A stretch of 63,175 nt of DNA, filler included, from Trichomonas gallinae (Eukaryota), in the NCBI GenBank assembly GCA_008369845.1. It is 5 parts of 5 records of this genome, joined end to end, with 100 filler letters (N's around TTAATTAATTAA, not from the genome) between each part and the next. Parts side by side here need not be neighbours in the genome. Positions count along the whole stretch, not along the records: positions 1 to 13,721 come from MRSU01000044.1; positions 13,822 to 37,047 come from MRSU01000050.1; 3 more parts are not named here. One strand, given 5' to 3'. Every line of letters begins with the position of its first letter. Position 1 is the stretch's first letter. The translations under genes and the position numbers were made by a program. This document shows, piece after piece, positions 11,147 through 22,300 of this stretch. The notes beneath the pieces were generated by a model. It was given only the letters and a program-made list of their open reading frames with translations. It was not told the DNA's origin and ran no database searches.

Positions 11147-12382
11147 TTATTTCTTCATGGATGTAATAACTATATACAGAATTAAAGCCACGATCTCAAT
11201 GAATGAGATGATCATGACAGCCTGTTGCCTCCTTGTTGTTGGCATTTTGATTCCTTGTGAATCTTGGTCAGCTTGGAGAAATAGGTCATTCCCAAGGATG
11301 TCAATTGTTTTGTTGAACTTTTGAGAATTATGTGATATTGTATTATTGAAATCTGATAATATTTCATGCGAGTATGCTAAAGCTGAACTCCAGACCTTAG
11401 TAAGATTCGTTAAACGATCGTAGACTTTCATAGTTCGTCTTTGCAGTTTCGTGAATGCAGGAAGCATAGATGTTCTGACAAGTTCATTGAGATCCTTGAA
11501 CTTAGCAACATCAGCCGTAACATTGTTAACTTCATCAAGCACGTCGAAAAAGTCACCAATGGTCTGCGCAGTAGGAATATTGTTTGTTAACTTAGTTAAT
11601 TCTATGTTTGTTCTGTTATATTTCTTATTTTTGAGTTTGGTATAAGTTGAATTGATGCCAGATTTAATTTTTGCCTTTTCAAGTCTTCTCTGCATGTATT
11701 CCTTAACAAAAGAAATGGTCATGCAGAAGTCAATTTCTTCTACACTGATTTTGCCGGATTTTTCGGTGTTTGCAGCAGATAATAACATTGAATGCTCTGA
11801 AATGTTGTTTTTTAGGGTATAATTTTTAACAAACGTAAGATTATCAACTGAACCATCGTTTGAAACATAGAGTCCGATTGATTTATTGGTAAATGTTAAA
11901 TTAATTCGAATTGTACTATTTTCTGTGAGATTTAGCGAATAATCTGTATATTCTTTGAGTTTTTCTTCTGTTATTCTTTCATTTGAATCTCTTTCTAATA
12001 AAGAGAGACTAATTGTTTTAGAATCATCGAAAAAGCTGCCCAATAAAGCAACTCCTTTAAATTTACTTGGTCCACCGTATAACTCTTCGAAAAAGACATT
12101 TGCATCAATAAACCAAAGGCCAAAACCCATTTTCGGAGTTGGATTTGAAAATTTTAACACATAACTTCCATTAATATCGGATGCTGGGAATGTAACATCG
12201 GCCGCTAGAATGCCAATTTGATTTGGTGCGTCAGGAATCAAAGCAATTTCATCTCGCGTCGCTTGAGTGTCAGCAAAATACCTCCATCCATGAAGCCTCT
12301 CCCTTACATCAGTAAAGAAAGGTAGTTTAAGGTCGGCATTTGACTCTTCGACTGACAATGAGAAAAATAAAAAAGCAAGCAT
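11147..12382 (-). CDS. L-type (legume-like) lectin type I membrane protein, ERGIC-53/VIP36-like
   Basis: Signal peptide, GFGLWF...YGGPSKFKGVALL lectin-domain motif, coiled-coil stalk, C-terminal TM and terminal di-lysine (SMKK). Confidence 0.75.
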   Translation of the reverse strand: MLAFLFFSLSVEESNADLKLPFFTDVRERLHGWRYFADTQATRDEIALIPDAPNQIGILAADVTFPASDINGSYVLKFSNPTPKMGFGLWFIDANVFFEELYGGPSKFKGVALLGSFFDDSKTISLSLLERDSNERITEEKLKEYTDYSLNLTENSTIRINLTFTNKSIGLYVSNDGSVDNLTFVKNYTLKNNISEHSMLLSAANTEKSGKISVEEIDFCMTISFVKEYMQRRLEKAKIKSGINSTYTKLKNKKYNRTNIELTKLTNNIPTAQTIGDFFDVLDEVNNVTADVAKFKDLNELVRTSMLPAFTKLQRRTMKVYDRLTNLTKVWSSALAYSHEILSDFNNTISHNSQKFNKTIDILGNDLFLQADQDSQGIKMPTTRRQQAVMIISFIEIVALILYIVITSMKK

Positions 12383-12389
12383 TTATTTT

Positions 12390-12397
12390 GTCACTTT
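12390..12397 (-). promoter_or_regulatory. AAAGTGAC core-promoter motif (Trichomonas M2-like) just upstream of the lectin ATG
   Basis: The same motif lies within about 20 nt upstream of the ATGs at 31576-31583, 39527-39534 and 42493-42500, with variants at 33938-33945 and 55053-55060. Confidence 0.6.
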
Positions 12398-12772
12398 TTA
12401 CAAATAAACAGGGTCTTACACCAATTTCCCCTTTTATATAATTATATCATAACAAAGATTTCATAATGGCATAAATTGACTTGCTAAGCCGTGTAGTCAT
12501 GCATTATCCGGTTTATTATGATTCATTTAAAATATTAAGAATTTACATTAAATTCAACTGTTCAATAAACTCCTATATATCAAATTATGATAGAAGGCGT
12601 ATGATATGGATGTGGCCTTAATACTTTGACTAATTTGATTTTAGTTTTTGCGAATATGATTAAAATCATGCAATGAGTAATGTTTTGTCATATGAGTAGA
12701 TGATTTTCAACTAAATTAATGCTGATTTAAGTCGAAATTAAACAAATAATCGCGCAAAATTAAACTGATAAA

Positions 12773-13216
12773 TTAGGCGAGAGATTGACTTTCGCTGGAC
12801 TTTAGAGAAGAGTTTGGTTCGACTGATTTATCCCAAAGATGCTGAGGAAATAAACTTGGTGATAAAGGTGCTCCAAATTCTTCAACCATTGTCCTTTGAA
12901 CATCTTCATACAATTCTTTTATATTAGGAATCGAAAATCTGAGTAAAAATTGATCAATATTTTGAAAGTAAGATAAAACTTCATGAAGTTGATGTATTTT
13001 AACAAAATTGATTAATTTATCTCTTGTTTCCTGTAGCATGTTATGTTCTGGATCTTGAGATGACTCTTCTTCAACAGGAATCGGAGTTGAAATTTCTGGT
13101 GTTGGTTCTTTTGGTTTTTTCATGAATTCGAGTAGCGTACGCTGTCCTTTAGAGGCCTCGACCTTTCTCGAGCCGCGGCGAGTCCCTCTTTTAGGACCTC
13201 TTTTGTTTCCTCTCAA
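12773..13216 (-). CDS. Small protein: basic NLS-like tail, PIP-box-like QRTLLEFM and REV1-C-terminal-like helical domain; start uncertain (TTG 13216 or ATG 13123)
   Basis: 147-codon open frame. DPEHNMLQETRDKLINFVKIHQLHEV...LYEDVQRTMVEEFGAPL aligns by eye with REV1 CTD DPMEEDILQVVKYCTDLIEEKDLEKL...ILDNVQVVLQQTYGSTL. Inr-like TCATTTT lies about 15 nt upstream of the TTG. Confidence 0.6.
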   Translation of the reverse strand: MRGNKRGPKRGTRRGSRKVEASKGQRTLLEFMKKPKEPTPEISTPIPVEEESSQDPEHNMLQETRDKLINFVKIHQLHEVLSYFQNIDQFLLRFSIPNIKELYEDVQRTMVEEFGAPLSPSLFPQHLWDKSVEPNSSLKSSESQSLA

Positions 13217-13404
13217 CGAAAATAAAAATGAAAATTTAGAAAAATATTATCATTTTTTAGTAAGTTTTAAAAATTTATTATAGAAAATAGCGTCAAAATG
13301 AAAAAATAAATTATAAAATTTGTTTAAATATAGGAGATGTTTAGATACATCTTATTAGTTTTAAAATTTACCAAAATTTGGAAAATAACCTTATTCAAAA
13401 CACT

Positions 13405-13721
13405 ATGGATTATAGAGATAAAAAGTTGAACTATATTTTGAAGAAAGTTGACAATGTTAAGATGGCCTACAACATAGATGAGAATGATATATTGTGGCTC
13501 TGCACTCAAGTTGAAAAAATTCTCGCGAATGAACCAACAGTATTATTTTTGGAAGCCCCAATTACAGTTGTAGGAGATATTCATGGCAAGTTAGATGATT
13601 TGAATTACGTTTTAGAGCTTGGAGGCTCAATTGTCGAAGAAAATCGCAAATATTTATTCTTAGGAGATTATATTGATCGTGGAGATAATTCAGTGGAAGT
13701 TATTGTTAAGTTACTAGTTTT
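13405..13721 (+). CDS. Ser/Thr protein phosphatase (PPP family), 3' truncated by assembly gap
   Basis: GDIHG and FLGDYIDRG metallophosphoesterase motifs. First ATG at 13405 (MDYRDKKL). Confidence 0.9.
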
Positions 13722-13821
13722 NNNNNNNNNNNNNNNNNNNNNNNNNNNNNNNNNNNNNNNNNNNNTTAATTAATTAANNNNNNNNNNNNNNNNNNNNNNN
13801 NNNNNNNNNNNNNNNNNNNNN
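13722..13821. other. Assembly gap with artificial six-frame-stop linker
   Basis: N44-TTAATTAATTAA-N44, identical at four sites. Confidence 0.97.
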
Positions 13822-14577
13822 ACAATAGTTTATACCATAGCCTATCTATATCCACATAGCATTGGGAAAGGTGAGGGCTCAATCGCCCAATAAACGCATT
13901 TAATGTAAAATTTGTAAACTATTCAAAGGTACCCCCTTATTCGAACGAAATGTGCAATTTTATTGAACGCGCGTAAAACGAGGCGGAATCCCCTTAAAAT
14001 ATCTGTAATACCCTGCAAATACAGGGCTAGCCAGTTCGCACATCCCAATGTAAAGCGTGTCTATGTGATGAATTTTGCCGTGTAAAGCATGTATTTTGCT
14101 ATGTAATATCAGCAATGACAATAGCTTAGCTGTAGCGGAGTCTGACGTGTTCCTGGGGTGTCGTTACTTTTTAGGATTGATTTTTTTTTTTTTTTTTGAT
14201 ATGAATTAATATGTCCTAGGATTCATGAAATGAAGGGCTAGAGCGACCAATTATTTTGTAGATCGTATAAATATAACTATGTTGACTAACTTATAAAGCA
14301 ATGCTACCATTGCAGAATTAAAAGTTAAATCTAGTGTTCACAGAAAAAAAAATGCCATGTCGATTTTTATTTTTACATGTTCAATATGGAAAGCACATTT
14401 TTGTTTCCTTTACCAATATGTTATAAGCACATATGGGATGCTACTATTATTTTGGCTAGGTCTAAATCTTGCTAGAAATATTAATTTTGAATTTTTTTTT
14501 TGATGAACTCAACTTTTTGGGAATTAAAAAAATTGTCATAAAACAAGAACAATTTATTATAATATAAACAAAATGCT

Positions 14578-16245
14578 TCAAAGGAGTTTAATCAATGCTT
14601 TCATTGTCTTATCAAAGTCACGGCCGTTTTCCTCATATTTGTTGACAATGAACGAAAAGTCGAAACCAATTTTTGATAGATTTGTTAATTGATGTCGTTC
14701 CTCGTTTGTGTAGTTTTCATTCAGCCCAATTGTGAACTCGTCATATTCTTTGTTTCTGATCACCTCGACATCCTGCCTCAATAAATTCATTCTCCTGACT
14801 CTGCCGAACTTCATTTGTGTGAATTCTTCATTTACTTCCTCTTCCTCCATTTCCTGGGCATTCGCATTGATACTTTCAAGAATCTGTGGCGTGATTTTAA
14901 CATTTGGCATGCCGAATTCGTTATCATCTTCATCTTCAAAATTATTTTCTTCTGAAACGCCGAGTAAACGGCTGATTCTTGAAATTTCGTCTGTGAAAGC
15001 ATTGTCTGTGGCTGGAACTTTCTTGACATCATCAAGAAGTTTAGCAATGAATGCAAGAGGTTTAGACATTTTCGTTTTATTACGTTTTGCTTCGCGGATT
15101 TTTTCAAGGACTTGTGTAAATGGCATTTCCATGATTTCTTTGTTCGGGAATATGTTGTTATGGTTTGGATCAGTGTTAATTGTTTCGTTATATGAGAAAT
15201 ATCTTTCGACAATTTCAAGAGCATTACCCAAATCGTCTGGCAATTCATCTGTATCATTTTCAGCTGGCTGTGGATTGGAATCTGTCTTAGGTTGTGGATT
15301 TTCGTCAATATTCATAATATCATTTTCGTTATCTTCGTCATGAGCAACTGGATTTTCATCAATATTAAATATATCATTATTATCATCGTATCGTTCTTCT
15401 TGATTTTCATATTGATTATCTTGATGGTCTGGATTTTGTTGATTTTCATTTTCATCAACTGTATTTTCTGTATTTTGTTGATTATCAGTATGTGGTTCTA
15501 ATACTTCTTGATTTTGTGCTTCTTCTGTATTGATTTGATTATTTTCATTATTTTGTGCATCTTGTTCGTTAGCTTGTGGATTTTGTTCAGCATTCACTAT
15601 TTCAGCATCAGCATCGTTCTGAAGCTCTTGTCTTCGTACAACTCTTGCATTTTCATTGACCACCGAAACTAATGTTGGAATCTCGTCCTCTGTGCTGATT
15701 TTAACACGTTTTGGTTTCTTGCGCTTCTTGAAAACAAGGGAAGGAGCTTGAATATCAGTTAAAATCGTTGGAAGTCGTAAATTATCGATTAATTCCACTT
15801 CAGGTTGTTCCTCCTCTTCGTATTTACCAATAAAATCAACATGTTCATCGTAATTTGAGAAATTTGTATCTTTTTCTATAGGATGATAAGGCGTTTGTTG
15901 TGCTTTTTTATCTTTGTATGCTTTACTTTTTCCGTATTTAATCGTTTCGTATGAGAATTGAGAGAATGGATACTCTAAATAGTCGAAGGCATTATCTAAG
16001 TTGAGAAGCTTTTCAGATAACTCAGAGTTAAGGACTGCAACAAGTGGATTATCGTCAGTTATTTTGTCAACATCTATAATATCTGTATTTTGCAATTCTT
16101 TTTGGTCGAAACATAAAATAATCACTTCATTTTTAAACTTTGGAAGATCTTTGATCTGGTCAATGACATACTGGCATGTATTAGACGCGCTTGATTCTAT
16201 TTCCAAAGTACTTCCGTCAAGAGATGTTATTTTAATTTTACTCAT
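14578..16245 (-). CDS. UBL-UBA domain protein (Rad23/Dsk2-like architecture), 555 aa
   Basis: N-terminal ubiquitin-like fold (IKITSLDGSTLEIE...LCFDQKELQNTD), N/Q/E-rich linker, C-terminal UBA (YTNEERHQLTNLSKIGFD...GRDFDKTMKAL). Confidence 0.75.
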   Translation of the reverse strand: MSKIKITSLDGSTLEIESSASNTCQYVIDQIKDLPKFKNEVIILCFDQKELQNTDIIDVDKITDDNPLVAVLNSELSEKLLNLDNAFDYLEYPFSQFSYETIKYGKSKAYKDKKAQQTPYHPIEKDTNFSNYDEHVDFIGKYEEEEQPEVELIDNLRLPTILTDIQAPSLVFKKRKKPKRVKISTEDEIPTLVSVVNENARVVRRQELQNDADAEIVNAEQNPQANEQDAQNNENNQINTEEAQNQEVLEPHTDNQQNTENTVDENENQQNPDHQDNQYENQEERYDDNNDIFNIDENPVAHDEDNENDIMNIDENPQPKTDSNPQPAENDTDELPDDLGNALEIVERYFSYNETINTDPNHNNIFPNKEIMEMPFTQVLEKIREAKRNKTKMSKPLAFIAKLLDDVKKVPATDNAFTDEISRISRLLGVSEENNFEDEDDNEFGMPNVKITPQILESINANAQEMEEEEVNEEFTQMKFGRVRRMNLLRQDVEVIRNKEYDEFTIGLNENYTNEERHQLTNLSKIGFDFSFIVNKYEENGRDFDKTMKALIKLL

Positions 16246-17270
16246 TTATCTTTCTTTGTTCGGTGAATTTATAGAGGGGCTGGTATAATTAATCAGTGTC
16301 TATCAGTATATTTTACGTGTCAAAATGGCAAATTTTGAATAGTAACAGATATTGCACGATCGCTGGAATGCGTAATCTTGGTATCACATGGAATGATTGT
16401 ATTGGTCCAAAATCATGTATTTTCAATCATCATTCCCCACAATTATCCATTTGAATTATTTTGACAAATAAAATACTTACATGACAAAATATATTCATCT
16501 TTGTTGATCAACTTTAATCGAACAAATTGAGTATTTTAAACTGTATATCTATAAAACATATAATTTGTTGATTTTATATTTATGAAATTTAAGTATTTGA
16601 ACGGCTATCGGATAATTTGAATTTTCTAAACAATAGATATCAACTGCCCCGACAATGTCAATATATCTCTATAATTAAGGAGAATTATTCACGGTAAAGT
16701 TTTTGTGATATATTATTGTTGGATGAAAATTTAATTCAATTTTATGATACATACATCATTGATATGATGTCTATTAGTAAAAAAGTGAAGCAATATACAT
16801 ATGGTATATGCTCATAAAGCGACTTAAATTGGAATAGCGAAGTCGTTTTATGGCTGATAAGAATTTCAATTTGGCACAAATAAAAACGCCATAATTCATG
16901 CTACAAATATAATTGCACTAAGTGAAGTGAAAAGCGACAGGTTCCTTGGAATTCAAATAATCGTTTCTTAGGTATTCAAAAATATTGAAAGGAAAAAACG
17001 TGTGTTTATTTTTAACTGATAGAATTCATGAATTTTCATTTCAAGAAAAGAATTAGCAATATTCTCTTTTGAGTTATTAAGTTTCAATCTTTTGAATGCT
17101 GTTTAAAACAGTTCTGAAAAATCCTTAAACAACATTGAAAATAATAATCTTGTTTTTACATTAATTTAATTATTTATGGAGTCAAAACGATTAAGTCGCC
17201 ATTTTTCAAAATTGATTGTCACTTTTATGCTATTTTATATTTGGATCTTCGCAAACTCTATTTTATATAG

Positions 17271-18437
17271 ATGGGAATTTCAGTTTCTGTCGATTCACAG
17301 ATTGAGCAGACTCTCACTGACTTGGGTGAAAAGAAATACGACAGCAAAGACGCCATCTACACTAACTTAATTGCAGCTGCTACAAACACTTCTGAAATTT
17401 TCTTGGTTCCAGCAAGTGTATTTAAAGCAATCGTTAAAGACGCCAAAGGCAATCTTCAGCCTCTCCTTATAAGATGCTTGGAGGGTCTAAATGACCAGGA
17501 TTCCCAAAATCGAATTAATTCTGCCGCTTTATTATCAAAGATTTTCCCATTTATGATTAAAAACAGCAACGGCCTGGACTTGTTGTCGTTCCTATATACT
17601 GAACAGATGATTCGTGGCGAGAAAATCTCACCAGCGGATTATATAATTACTGTCGCCATTAATACCCTGATTTCATTTCGTTCAACGCAGCATGCTGACA
17701 TAAAACTCAGTATTAACCGAATTGAAGAAATATTTAACCTTCTTGCCTTTACAGTTTTCGCGATTTTGAAATATTACGATAATCAGACGCTTTATAATTC
17801 ATTAATCGTCTATTGCATCTCTAAAGGCGCTGATGTTATTGAAACACTGCTCAACTACATCCATGCAGGCGGAAGACGCATTGGATTAGTTGCATTATTC
17901 GGAATTCTTCTTTTCCAACCTTCAAATCACTTCGCAGAGCCAGTTAAGGCTTTCATAGCCAATGGTGGTACCATATCAAACAACTTGCTTCAAATTCGCG
18001 CCGATGATAGCGATTTGCTGTGTTACATTGCTTCAATCGGCGTTGAAGATGAAAAAGTTGTTGTCCCATCTAAAGCAATCACTGAAAGCAGGTTATACAG
18101 GCTGAGTCTCCTCAAAATACTCGTTGATGGAGAACCATATAATGCAAATTATATTGATCTTTATAATATCATTTTTCAGTTCAACTCTATGCTTGCTAGG
18201 TATGTGTACAGCAAGATACCCAACGTTACTCAGGATTATCTACAGAGTTGCCCACAATTGTCTAATTTGTCATTCTCGATGCCTAAATCCCAACAATGGT
18301 TCTTGAAATGGGTCACACAGTCAATCACTGAGCTCTTTTTGGACATTCAAAGCTCTTGGCTTGAAGGAACAGGTCTTCAGATTCAAATCCCTTCATTTGA
18401 ATGCCTCGAACAGCTTGTTGTAATTAACAGTGCTTAA
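17271..18437 (+). CDS. HID1/Ecm30-like (dymeclin/HID1 family) myristoylated protein, 388 aa
   Basis: MGxxxS myristoylation motif. EIFLVPASVFKAIVKDAKGNLQPLL and NSAALLSKIFPFM resemble HID1 DVFALVPAAEIRAVREESPSNLATL and NCSRLLTRVLPYI. C-terminal WLEGTGLQI. Confidence 0.6.
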   Translation: MGISVSVDSQIEQTLTDLGEKKYDSKDAIYTNLIAAATNTSEIFLVPASVFKAIVKDAKGNLQPLLIRCLEGLNDQDSQNRINSAALLSKIFPFMIKNSNGLDLLSFLYTEQMIRGEKISPADYIITVAINTLISFRSTQHADIKLSINRIEEIFNLLAFTVFAILKYYDNQTLYNSLIVYCISKGADVIETLLNYIHAGGRRIGLVALFGILLFQPSNHFAEPVKAFIANGGTISNNLLQIRADDSDLLCYIASIGVEDEKVVVPSKAITESRLYRLSLLKILVDGEPYNANYIDLYNIIFQFNSMLARYVYSKIPNVTQDYLQSCPQLSNLSFSMPKSQQWFLKWVTQSITELFLDIQSSWLEGTGLQIQIPSFECLEQLVVINSA

Positions 18438-19306
18438 TTCCAACAATAGATGTCTATCATTGCTGTTGTTTTAGTAAAACTATTATACTTCACTCTTTCC
18501 TAAACTATAATAATTGTTAATAACTTTTCAAGGAAATTATACATTAGGAAGAGTGCTTTTACAAGCCACACCTCTGCTCTATGGAGTCTGGAAACAGAGA
18601 CAGGTCTCTAATTAATGGACTGCCCAAATCTGGAATTACTACATTCGAGCCTGTCAATGCTGATGCTATGTCATGTCAACGCAGCCAATAGATTCTAGTA
18701 TAACGAAGAATAAGCATATTAAACGCCTTGCAGGACGCCACTGTTATGTGTCAATAACTTATTATTCTCGTTCCACATGAGTGATTTGATTGGCTTGAGG
18801 ATCCTTAAATGCTAGTATCGAATATGCTCAATGAATAGATTTGCTTTTATAATATTTATGTAGAAAGATTTATAATTAATTTGACAGGTAAAATATTTGA
18901 TTTGCCGTGTAAAATATGATACATGTCAGAAATATATTTTACACGACATATTGTTTATAATGCTACAATAATTTGATAATATCTAGATAACAATTATACA
19001 TTCACTTTTTGCTAAGCAATATATCGATTTTACAAACATATTAATTTTAATCAGGAATTATTTTATTTTTAGTCGCATGAATAATATTATTTATAGGTAG
19101 TAAATGCAAAAATAATAAAATAGAGCTAAAAATCAAACAAGAAAATGGAGAATTTGATAATTACAACATTTTTATTTGCTATTTAGATTTATTATTGTCT
19201 ATAGTATCCAAATCTATCATTTTTTCAATGATAGCAAAATAAAATTTTGCTGCCGATCATGTTTTGAGAGGAAATTTTTATATTCTTTTTTGTTGTTTGT
19301 TTTTTA

Positions 19307-22300
19307 ATGGGAATCACGGAATCAACACCTGAGAACAATCAGGACATTGACTACATGAGACCCGAAAACTTTTTCTCGGTCCATAACATCGAAAATATAC
19401 GTATGGACTTCAAAAAAGTTGATCCGCTGGCAAAACTTGGTCTTCCGTTACCAGACCCGGTACTTTTGTCGACTGTGATCGAAAAGATTCTTTCCGGTCA
19501 ACGAAATAACAGCGAAGATCTCTCACAAAAAAATGTCGAAAAATTATTCTTTGAACCTTTAATCGCAGATTCAGATTCTCATATAGAAAGAGCGAAAACA
19601 TATAACAAGTATTTTGATCATATGACAAATTTAATCTCAAAAGCAATAGATGACGAAGAAACGCAAATTAATACGAATTTTACAGAATTAGCAAAGAATT
19701 TTACATCTCTTAATAAAACTAGGTCAACATCAACACGCTTTCTTGAATCAGTTTTGTCTACGAGCTTCGAAGTAATTTTTGATAATTTAAATGTTTTAAC
19801 TCCACAAGATGTAATTAATTTTCTCGATCAAACTCTCGAAATGCTACAGCCTGATAAAGAAAATAGTTTAAATGGAATCTCTTCACCAGTTATACAATCT
19901 TTACTTCGTTTTGCTTTAAAGATAGGAACATATCCATGCTTCCAAACGATTGATATTCAGTGCAGAATTGTTATGTTTTTATTCAAATTAGGAATCGCGC
20001 AGTCAAATATTAGCGGATGCATATCTGCTTTAACTTATCTACTTACTTTAAGTCCAACAGGACAATTCGCAATAGATATACCAGATGTTCGTACTGAACT
20101 CTTCGGAATTTGCAAAAACGAAGATTTTTCCGCAGGAGATGGATTCCATTTTGAACCAATTGAAGTTAGACAGTTTACTCAGCCAACATTTAAATGCATT
20201 ATCGAAAATCTATCAGCGAATTTAATGAAAGATTTGAATATTCAAATAGAAGGATTATTAAATGGATCGATCACTCATTCAGGCGAGTTTTTCTCATTCG
20301 TTGCCGATTCAAATGATGAAGTCATCGCGTTGTCTCTAAATTTAGTCGAAGAAGCTTACGCGCAGCAAAATTACAGCGCAAAATTAAGAACTGAATTAAT
20401 TACGTTAGGATTGAAGATTATTTCACTAAATATATTCAAATACTGCCTCAATTTCTCACGTCCCGAAAGAATGGTCGAAGAATCAGACATAAACTTGTTT
20501 AATAAGATAATTGCAATAATAGAAAAATGCACGTTTTCAGAATTCGCGCATCAGTCATCAGGAATCATTGAGGCATCGATAAGTATCATTGCTTTTTCAT
20601 TCAGATACCTTTATTTCCCGAATTTTGTTAAATTCACAACTTATGTTCAAAATATTTTAGACGACAACATATTATGCGACCAATTCATGAAGAATGTGTT
20701 TGTATTCCTCGACAGGTCCCCACTTGTTTATATGTTTTGTCCAAGATTCATAGAATTGCTGCCAAATTATGCAACAAAACTTGCGATTTTGAATACATAT
20801 ATAAGCGCTTTAAATTTGCTGACAAGCGAGCTACAGTATATAGAAAACGGCAACGCGAAGCAGAATGGAGGCTACATTGCTCCACTTGTGTCTGCTTCGA
20901 TGAAATACGCAGCGGATTTGATAAAAGAAGGAAATTTGGCGGACGGAACATTTTTGCTCAAACACATAATATTTAGAGTCGTCACAATTGACACTTTTCC
21001 ATTAATAGCCGCTGGATTTTTATCACACGTTCACGATGTCGTTGATCCTTTAGTCACAAGATGTAAACTAAACCAGTCCAGTGTCAAAGCTGATGCTGAT
21101 TTCCAGAGAATTGTTCCTCAGGAATTTTCTGTCAAAAAGATTTCGCAAACAATCGAAACTCCGCATAACTACCCGGATGAAGACTTCAGGGAGTGGCTAA
21201 TTGACTTCAAGGGGGCCTCAAGTATCAACTTCAAGTTCGACCCGAAGTGCCACACAGAGCTGGGCAGCGATGTTTTGAAAATATATGACTCGCTGAAAGA
21301 TGGCAATGTTATACATACTTTAAGCGGAGCATCTTCTCAGTGGCCAGAGAGTCTGGATGTCCCTTATTCGCAGGTGAGAGTCACCTTCCAGTCAGATCAG
21401 TCCGTCAACTACTGGGGAGTTAAATGCGAGGCGTCTGCTTTAATTCCTAAACTAGAACATCCGCCACAATTTGACGCTTCACTTTTCTTTCTCAATTTCA
21501 TCTTCTATACAACTGGCAGATTGCTTTTAATCAAGCTGCAATCATTGGAACTCGAATCACAAGAAACAGAATATAAAGGTGTAATAGAAAGCAGGTTCAT
21601 GCAGAAATCTAATGTTTCTCACATTTCAGAAAAAGAAAAAGACTTCTTAGAAAAAATATTAACAGAACAACATAATCCAAAGTTCATCGATTACATGAAT
21701 ACAGTCGTGAAAATCCTCGTTAAAACTAAACCGACACCAGAGAATATTCAGGCCGAGAGATACACCGTTGCAGCTCTTTTGTATCAAAATAAACTGCTTT
21801 CAGATGCATTGGAAATCGAAAACATTTTAAATGAAAATAAAAAACCGGAAAATGTTCCAAATTCCATGAAATCTGTCTGGAGGACTTTGAAGACAATCAA
21901 ACTAGATATGTTCCAGAGTGCTCAGAAATCAGCAGAACTGGAAAGGGAACCAAAAACAATGAGAGAAAACTATCCGCAGTTTATCAAGCAAATTGTCATT
22001 AAATGCAAGATATTGTTATCATCAGAATCAGTTGTACAAAACTCAGAAGAATTCAACGACAAGAATTTAGACGATTTAAGGGCTTTCATTACAAGCGATG
22101 TCGATATCGAGAAGATAAACGCTATAATAGAAAGAAGGAGAATGAGATTAGCGATAAGAAGAGAAACAATCGACTTTTTAAGGGACATTATTTGCGACCA
22201 AAACTTATTCGGCACGTCAAAAATTTCAGCAATTTTGCCTCTGCATCAAGCTTTGTCAATTGTCGCGAACATATCTGATGTTAAAGGTGTCTCTAAAGAA

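Noticed and set aside
13766..13777. TTAATTAATTAA palindrome repeated four times in the window
   Set aside because: Always centred in N44...N44. It is an artificial scaffold linker with stops in all six frames, so ORFs ending in it (13773, 37099, 37096, 59729, 61792) have false ends.
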